Made by a program: the position numbers and the translations under genes
Assembly (NCBI GenBank): GCA_002811645.1
Contig: PDIP01000064.1
Location: 129,188 to 193,187, forward strand
Reading direction: 5' to 3'
DNA: 64,000 nt
Source: Corallochytrium limacisporum Hawaii
Taxonomy: Eukaryota; Protista; Pluriformea
Part shown: piece by piece, positions 57,401 through 64,000 of the stretch
Layout: every line of letters begins with the position of its first letter
How positions within the stretch are numbered: the stretch's first letter is position 1
The notes under the pieces: model-generated
What the model was told of the DNA's origin: nothing
The model's database searches: none
What the model saw: only the letters and a program-made list of their open reading frames with translations

Positions 57401-59276
57401 AAGGCTAAAGTGGCTTTCAGCAACGACCCGGGAGTTGCTGATGGGTTGCATTTTTTTTACGAGAGACGTCTCAATTATCCTCCTCCATCCTAGCCGATAT
57501 CCCGAAAAAGAAACTGCGGATAGGATAAGGTGAAGTTTCAAGTGTCAACGATTTCATTTTTATATACAATAACACCCTATATCTGCTGATGACCACACGC
57601 CGTAGGTCGCAGAGGCACCGGTGCGGTGGATGTGTTCGGGTGTGTGACTTGGTCCGTGAAAAAAAGTCTTCAAAGTTGACTTTTTCGGCTGTCCTCCCAT
57701 CAATTCCGAATCTCTTCGCCGTTCCGCCTGTACACGCCCAGACAGAGGTTGCAAACATCCCACAGTCTCGAGCCTGCATTCGGCTGAACTGTGAGAATGA
57801 GTCAACAGTCACACGGGCATTGAGGCAATATAGAAAAGAGTAGGTGTATAGTAAATTTCCTGTGAAGAGCGGCCGCTTTTGCAGCCGTACAGGCGCAAAA
57901 TTTCCTGCGCTTTGTTTTGCCTTCGAGGGCCCCTCCGTGGAATTGCTGGTATATTATTCTAGAGCCCGTGTTTTTCTCATATATACTCTGCTAGCGCCTG
58001 CCTATTGTGTAAAGAAATCCCTCTGTTTCTTGTTCAAAATTTTGAAGAGCCGGACAGCGCACATGCATGCACAGACACACACCTATCTTGTACAAAGCGA
58101 ATGGTTTCTGAGACGCATCGATCGCAAAAGTGCGCTAGACTCCCCCCTCCTCCCACCCGAATTTTTTTATTTGCTCCGTTCAACAACCCCCACCCGCCCC
58201 TCTTCTAAACCCGCTATAATTCCCTTACAAGTTTTCTGCCCCTTTCAGGTGAACAAAACCACTGACTATGAGACACGTGTGGAGGGCAAGTGTTGTACAA
58301 TAAATTTCGTACACCGCTATTAGCCAACAGTCACCACCAACCCCACAGCGGCCCTGTCGATAGAGTTGCGGTGCTTGACGTTTTAATTGGACACTTATGT
58401 AGTTTTAGTAGGGACCATTGATAGAGGGAACGTAGGTCTATCACGCCCGATATCGTTGTTTATTTTGGTTGGCTGTGATAATATTTTTCCTCTCCTGTCT
58501 TTTCGTTGCTGCGCCCGCCCCCCCGGTCCCTCCCCGGCGGCCCCTGAAGCAGGTCGACGGGGCTTCACCATAAGAAAAATCGAGAGATTAGGGGGAGGAC
58601 GAGTTGTTTGATCCAAGAGCCTTGTGTGATCACATCTGTTGCAGCTATGCATAGTCCTCTGTCGTTTGTAGCGAAAACCTCGATTTGCTCAGGTATATTT
58701 ATTATAGAAAACGGAAACTCTACGGTTTACAGTGCAGCTCAATTAGTTCCTCTTCCTTTGAACAGGATCGGAGAGTTTGAGTGTAGCCGTCGATGGTAGT
58801 CGTTCCAGCGGATGTTCAGCAGCCGATCCCTCCCGTGCTTTTACTGTAAATGGTACTCACCACATCACATGCAAATCCAATGTTGTAGTTGCGGTCATCT
58901 ACTATTCACAGGGTGAGGCTGATTTGCCATGGACCAATCCTCCGACATCTCAACCCCTTCGCTCTGGGGGACGATTTGAGAAATTTCTTTGGCGCTCGTT
59001 CTGCAACAGTTTCGATTTTCTGGAACACGCTTCGATGCAACTCTACCGAATGGCCCCAAGTTGCTGTTTCTGTCCATGCTTGAAAGATTAGTAGAGAGAA
59101 ATATGGAATCAAGTGAAATTGGACGGCTGCCCTCTGTTACCGGCACAAAATTCTCCCTAAGGCACTGCAGCTACTTGTTTCCACTTTGTTGTCCTGTGAA
59201 TTTGTGCAGATTTGCAATTGTCCAAGATCTGAGCTTTTCTGTAGAGCCGGCATTTTAGTGCTTTGTCGTTCATCTT

Positions 59277-59281
<5 letters not shown>

Positions 59282-59323
<42 letters not shown>
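59282..59323. repeat. (CT)21 microsatellite
   Basis: Read directly from the sequence. Confidence 0.97.
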
Positions 59324-59327
<4 letters not shown>

Positions 59328-60478
59328 CTCTCTGTCCCTATGTTTCAGATTAGTTTCCGCTTTGTAGATGAGGAGCCTCCTGCAAATGTTACGAAGAGGA
59401 AACAGGGAGGTGCGGAGTCGAGCCTTTTCCCTTCTCTGTCTGAAACGGCACGGCCCGGAATTTCAGGTCATATTTGCCGTGTAAACGGTACTATAAGGGA
59501 AGTTTTCGTTCATACAATACATTTTAGGAGAGACATTTCAAAGTCCGATGAGACGGTGTCTGTCGCGATGACCGTGCAACCAACCGCGGGCCTCCCACCC
59601 CGCGGAGAAGGGGGAGGTCCTTGCCCAAGAGAGAGGGGAGGTCGCGAGGACTGGCGATGCATTCACGTTTGGAACACCTTGCAACGAGAGTGGTTTTTGT
59701 TTCTTCGGAGCACAAGTGGGCGAGTTAGAGAATGCAGAATCGGATTTCTATGGCACACTGCAGCAGCGAACTGTTTCATTTCCCCTTCCCCTCCCGCTGC
59801 CCCGGGGGAGAGGGGCGGGAGGGGAGGGGAGGGGAGGGGGGAGGGAGCGGCGAGGGGCACACCTTTCCCCCTTTCCATCCGCTCCCATAGAAGTTTCGGT
59901 TTGTGTCGGGAGCCGAAAATACACAAAAACAGTCCCACAGAGAGGGTTGAGAATGGGTCGGGACTCCCTTTTCTATTGCCCTCCCCCCCCCCAGGGGCTT
60001 TCTATGGGGCATTAAATGCATGTGTGCAACGCGGAGAACACACACGAAGGACCAACCAAACGCGCCAAAACACGGAAAAATGATCCATCGCCGCTGTTCT
60101 GTTGGTGCTTCCGTTCGTCTTGGACACTTCGTATCTGTGTGTCTTTCCCCTCTTTCGATCGACCCGTCTCTGGGGTCCGGTGTTTACTGAAACTGGTAAC
60201 ACAAGAGTTGGCTCTTAAACCCGCCGGTATGCGAGTCATAATTAGAAATTACCGCGCTTCCGACAGGTATTCGAGGTTTGTTGCTCTAGAAGTAATCTAT
60301 TTCAGAAAGAGATCGTTAGTATCCAGTATTTTATCCAACTCTCCTCCAATAGTTTCCAATTAGTTGTAAGGGTCGCCAAAATGCATCTTTAAATTCGGTG
60401 CAACTTCTGAACGTGTTAGAGTAAGTTACGGTATCCAGTGCGAACCTCTTGCGACTCCGTCTAGACATACATAAATTC

Positions 60479-61288
60479 ATGATGGGAAACAAAACGACAA
60501 AAGAATCAGTACAACCCCGGCAGATGGGTTCAGTCGACAGCCGGACCAGCTGTAGCAGTACCAAAGACTATACTGGCAAGCAGCGAGTAACAATTGTCAT
60601 TCAGACAGGTGTCGATGAAGACTTCAGATATGAGTGCGCCGGCGAAAAGCACATCTTTGACATCTTTGTGATGGTATGCACAGAGCTCCGCCTGGACTTC
60701 CAGCGGTATCAGCTCTGGGACAACAGCAAGTCTGTCCGCGTTGAACTTAACGAACCCTGCAGCAAGCTGGATATGATCCCCTTGCGACTAGAAGTCATTG
60801 ACACTGGCAAACTGGCCGAACAGCTTCGCACACACACCAAGGATTACGAATGTCTGTGCAAGGCCTTTGACGAGTGGAAGAAACAGTATGAACACAAGCA
60901 GCGCCTAAGTGACTCTGTGGAGAATGACCTTGCTCTTATCCGCAAGTTCATGAAGCGCATTGATGCTTCGAGACGTCATGCCTCGGAGAATATTTACTAT
61001 CTTCGTCTTCTTGGCAAGATGCAGGAATGTCGCGTCCGTGCTGAAGACAGCGATGCGATCCTCTGCTCTGACGACGAGACCCCTGTTGTTGAACATCAGC
61101 TTGCCTCCGAGTACCGCTATCGCGACCGTTCTCGCTCTTACCACTCTTCGACAAGCAGCGAGTGCAGCTTATTGTCGTCGTGCATCTCAAACATTGTTCC
61201 GCCTTCTGGTCCTCCATGCAAGGTGAACGACCCGATGCACATTTCTGACATGTTTGCACCTGCACCCCGCTTTGTTGATACCTACTGA
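60479..61288 (+). CDS. Hypothetical protein: possible N-myristoylation, ubiquitin-like/RBD-type domain and coiled coil; may continue to 61535
   Basis: Long frame with coding-like codon usage; MGNKTTK start; beta-grasp-like pattern RVTIVIQTG...HIFDIFVMVCTELRLDFQRYQLWD...LRLE. Confidence 0.65.
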   Translation: MMGNKTTKESVQPRQMGSVDSRTSCSSTKDYTGKQRVTIVIQTGVDEDFRYECAGEKHIFDIFVMVCTELRLDFQRYQLWDNSKSVRVELNEPCSKLDMIPLRLEVIDTGKLAEQLRTHTKDYECLCKAFDEWKKQYEHKQRLSDSVENDLALIRKFMKRIDASRRHASENIYYLRLLGKMQECRVRAEDSDAILCSDDETPVVEHQLASEYRYRDRSRSYHSSTSSECSLLSSCISNIVPPSGPPCKVNDPMHISDMFAPAPRFVDTY

Positions 61289-64000
61289 GGAAATCAGTGT
61301 CTCCCTTGAAACATTGCAAGACACCAGCACAGAGCTGGTCAGGAAGTTCTGCAAATGTCAGACACTGCAAAGAAATATCAACTGCCTTGATCCCCTGTTC
61401 TCTAATGTGAGTATTCTCCAAGAGAGAGCTCTGTTATCATGCACCTCGCAGATCGATGTGACATGCATCATCATGCTTGAGGATTTGATGATGGCCGCTG
61501 GCTGTGCCGGGCCTATGACAGAACAGAGATTATGATCGGCGTTACCTACATAACATATATCCATCGTCCACATATTCATATTCACCATACACACCCAACG
61601 TATTTACACAGCCCATCGTCTTGATTCTTATCATTCTTTTCCATGAAGACCGTTAGACCTTCTAATGGCATCAAACTCGGAACTTTAGGATTGAGATTGT
61701 GCCGCAAAACAATATTTCGCTTGATGACTTTGGCAAGAGTCACAGTAGCGCGGAGCGTGATCACACACCCGGGTCCTTCATCAGCCCTTTTTCCCGACTC
61801 TGCACGCCTTCTCGGGGCCTTGATCAGCCCCTTTTCCAACTTGCACGCCTCTGGTTGATTCACATGAGCCCATACTGAATGTACTCAATGGTTGGCGACT
61901 AGTAGTAAAATAGAAAATTGGGCCCCAGACCGCACCTTGCTACACACTGTGTGATTCTCCACTTCGCAGGCCCGCACAGCTAGGAAAAAGCATACTTCCG
62001 TCACACACAGGGTAACATACAGAATAGATCAATAGGGTTCTGGCGTGTATGTGTGTGTGTGTGGGTTCGGAACGAGTGTCCTTTGCGTGCTTGTGCGGTA
62101 GGCAAGTGGGCTAGGTTACCCTTGAACAAGAGGAGGGAGAACGAAAGAGACCGGCAGCGAACGGGGGCGCTGCCAACCGGGTACATACAGCACAAACTAG
62201 AGGCTCGGTCCAGCAAGTCAAAGTGGGCCTCTTGCCCGCCTGATTTCTCCCTCTCGCCTCCATTCAGAATAACCGCCCCCGTTTTGGGTGCATTTGCACC
62301 CAAAGCGCCCCTTGAAACTTACTGCACCAGCACATCGACAGGAACTTTTTCGCTATGTGCAGTGGACCAAGACAAAATACACCAGAAACAGCTGGAGCAA
62401 TAAACCTGCAACCTGGCCAGGTTGGGGGAGGGTGTTGACCCCTTGTCCATTTCCAAGTGTTCGCTGCCGGTCGGCCCCCAATATCTGTTGCAACTGAAGC
62501 AATGCACCAGCTAGATCACGGCAAAACCATACACTCCTAAAACACACGATTGCAACAGTAGGGAGACTACTATCAATACATACTGAATGTATCTATTTTT
62601 AACAACCCCGGGTAGGGTGGGTGCAGGCATGCATTGTGCGGGTGTGCGTGTGTGTGGCACAAGCACGCCACTGGAATATCACCTGAAAATGTTTAGTACT
62701 AGAACTATTGCCGAAAAGAACAATCGCGACAAATCATCCCATTCTTCAGGTCATTCCTTCCTTGCTTCCTTCAAAAGGCCTCCCCATCTATCGCATCTTC
62801 CGTCGGTACGGCTGATGGATGCTGCCGGAATCCATGTCAGTGTGCGGCGGATGGAGAGCAATTTATTCATGCTCTTTCTATGGTACCAAACTTACCAGCA
62901 TGTGCTTTTATCCTCTTTCCTGCCTTTTAGGCCTCGCTTACCTTTCAGGCGACAGAGATACCGGCAAAACTGTAGGCAGCTCATTGAGCTCCAGGCTGCC
63001 AACGGGCCAATAAAAAGGCCGGAATCACACCGATCAATTTTCCCGATAGTTAAAGTATGGGAACAGGAAATGCACCGGGCGAGGCAGAGAGAAGATAACT
63101 CCCTGCCCATGGACGAGATGTAGATGGATTTCTGAAACGTTTAATGAGAACTCAGTGAAGCCTATAGAAACTCTATAACCATTTTTATCCGGCGGCACGA
63201 ATGTGTGCCCCCCCCCCCCCGCGGACGGACGTGCACGCCCGTCGAAGAAACTTTTCATCGATTGTGGAGAACCCGACTCCCATTCTGGGAGACTCTGGTC
63301 TGGAAAGACCCACATATTTCCTCCGCCGATCGAGCACCACCCGCCGCGCCACAACTGTTGGCGCACTTCTTTGCCGGTGAGATAGTGGTAACACGAATAA
63401 AACAACCGGCAGATAATCTCCAACAGGTGGGCTGTAGTGGGCGCAAGCGAGCGCGACGGCAGCTCCACAAAAAGCATTAACGGCAATAGGAGCCGTGGGT
63501 AGTACACGCGCACGTAGCCCCATATCGTAGGGAATCGATGTGTGTTCAAAATTAGTACGCAGGTGGTGCACAGGGAGTGTGACGAAGGTGATGGACACGT
63601 TGTTGACTGGGTAAGAATCAGCATACGGTTGCATGAGTGTATTCGTGGACTCACCCTACTCGCTGTGTCCAGGGTTGATCACAGTTAATAGATGTAATAC
63701 CTAATGTATCGAAGTTTTGGTCGCGAGCTGTTTCTTTGCTGCGTGATCTTCGTCGTCCGCTATCATACGCGAGACGTCATAGGGTGTGTTTTCCTCTGCG
63801 TGAGTACTAACAACAATACCCAACAATACCAAGTGATGGCACCGTGATATACATCCACCAACTCATTGCCGCGAGTGATTCATCCCCTGTGGACGTAATG
63901 GTGTGGAAACACATATTCACCAACGCGTCAAGGAGACGTACGCGACTTTGAACCTCTTCCACATTTCAGTTGTTCTCGTGAAGGTGCCCCCCACCGAGAG

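Noticed and set aside
63790-63965. LLDALVNMCFHTITSTGD on the minus strand, reminiscent of a K+ channel pore helix
   Set aside because: There is no GYG/GFG filter, the frame is bounded by stops, and the flanks do not continue a channel pattern.
1-64000. tRNA, rRNA, CRISPR arrays, prokaryotic-type systems, intact transposons
   Set aside because: No cloverleaf, rRNA-like segment, regularly spaced repeat array or transposase/RT ORF was seen by eye; the window is eukaryotic.

Overview
Eukaryotic nuclear DNA. The gene set (myocardin/MRTF-like, DNAJC3, PDCD4, type-I ACOT, NASP, ATAD5) and an almost complete lack of introns point to a unicellular holozoan, possibly Corallochytrium-like; this is inference. 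The first ~42.5 kb holds 16 recognisable genes: SDHAF4, MED16, DNMT2, ATAD5/ELG1, MRTF-like, NASP, an SDR, DNAJC3, a peroxisomal ACOT, a GPI-anchored subtilisin, kinesin-14, RACK1, RPLP1, V-ATPase B, PSMB1 and PDCD4. Only two introns are well supported (MED16 1456-1545 and RPLP1 33769-34258). Both lie at the extreme 3' end of the CDS, use a GTAGGT donor and have a CTAAC branch site ~40 nt before the AG. The RPLP1 intron contains a well-formed candidate H/ACA snoRNA. Between NASP and the SDR lies a truncated remnant of a flagellar ASH-domain gene (CFAP74-like), broken by up to five frameshifts that are all -1. E2F and CHR-like motifs recur upstream of the cell-cycle genes. The last ~21 kb is gene-poor and rich in G/C homopolymers, with two orphan CDS candidates and scraps resembling decayed genes. 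There are three assembly gaps. No tRNA, rRNA, CRISPR array or intact mobile element was found.
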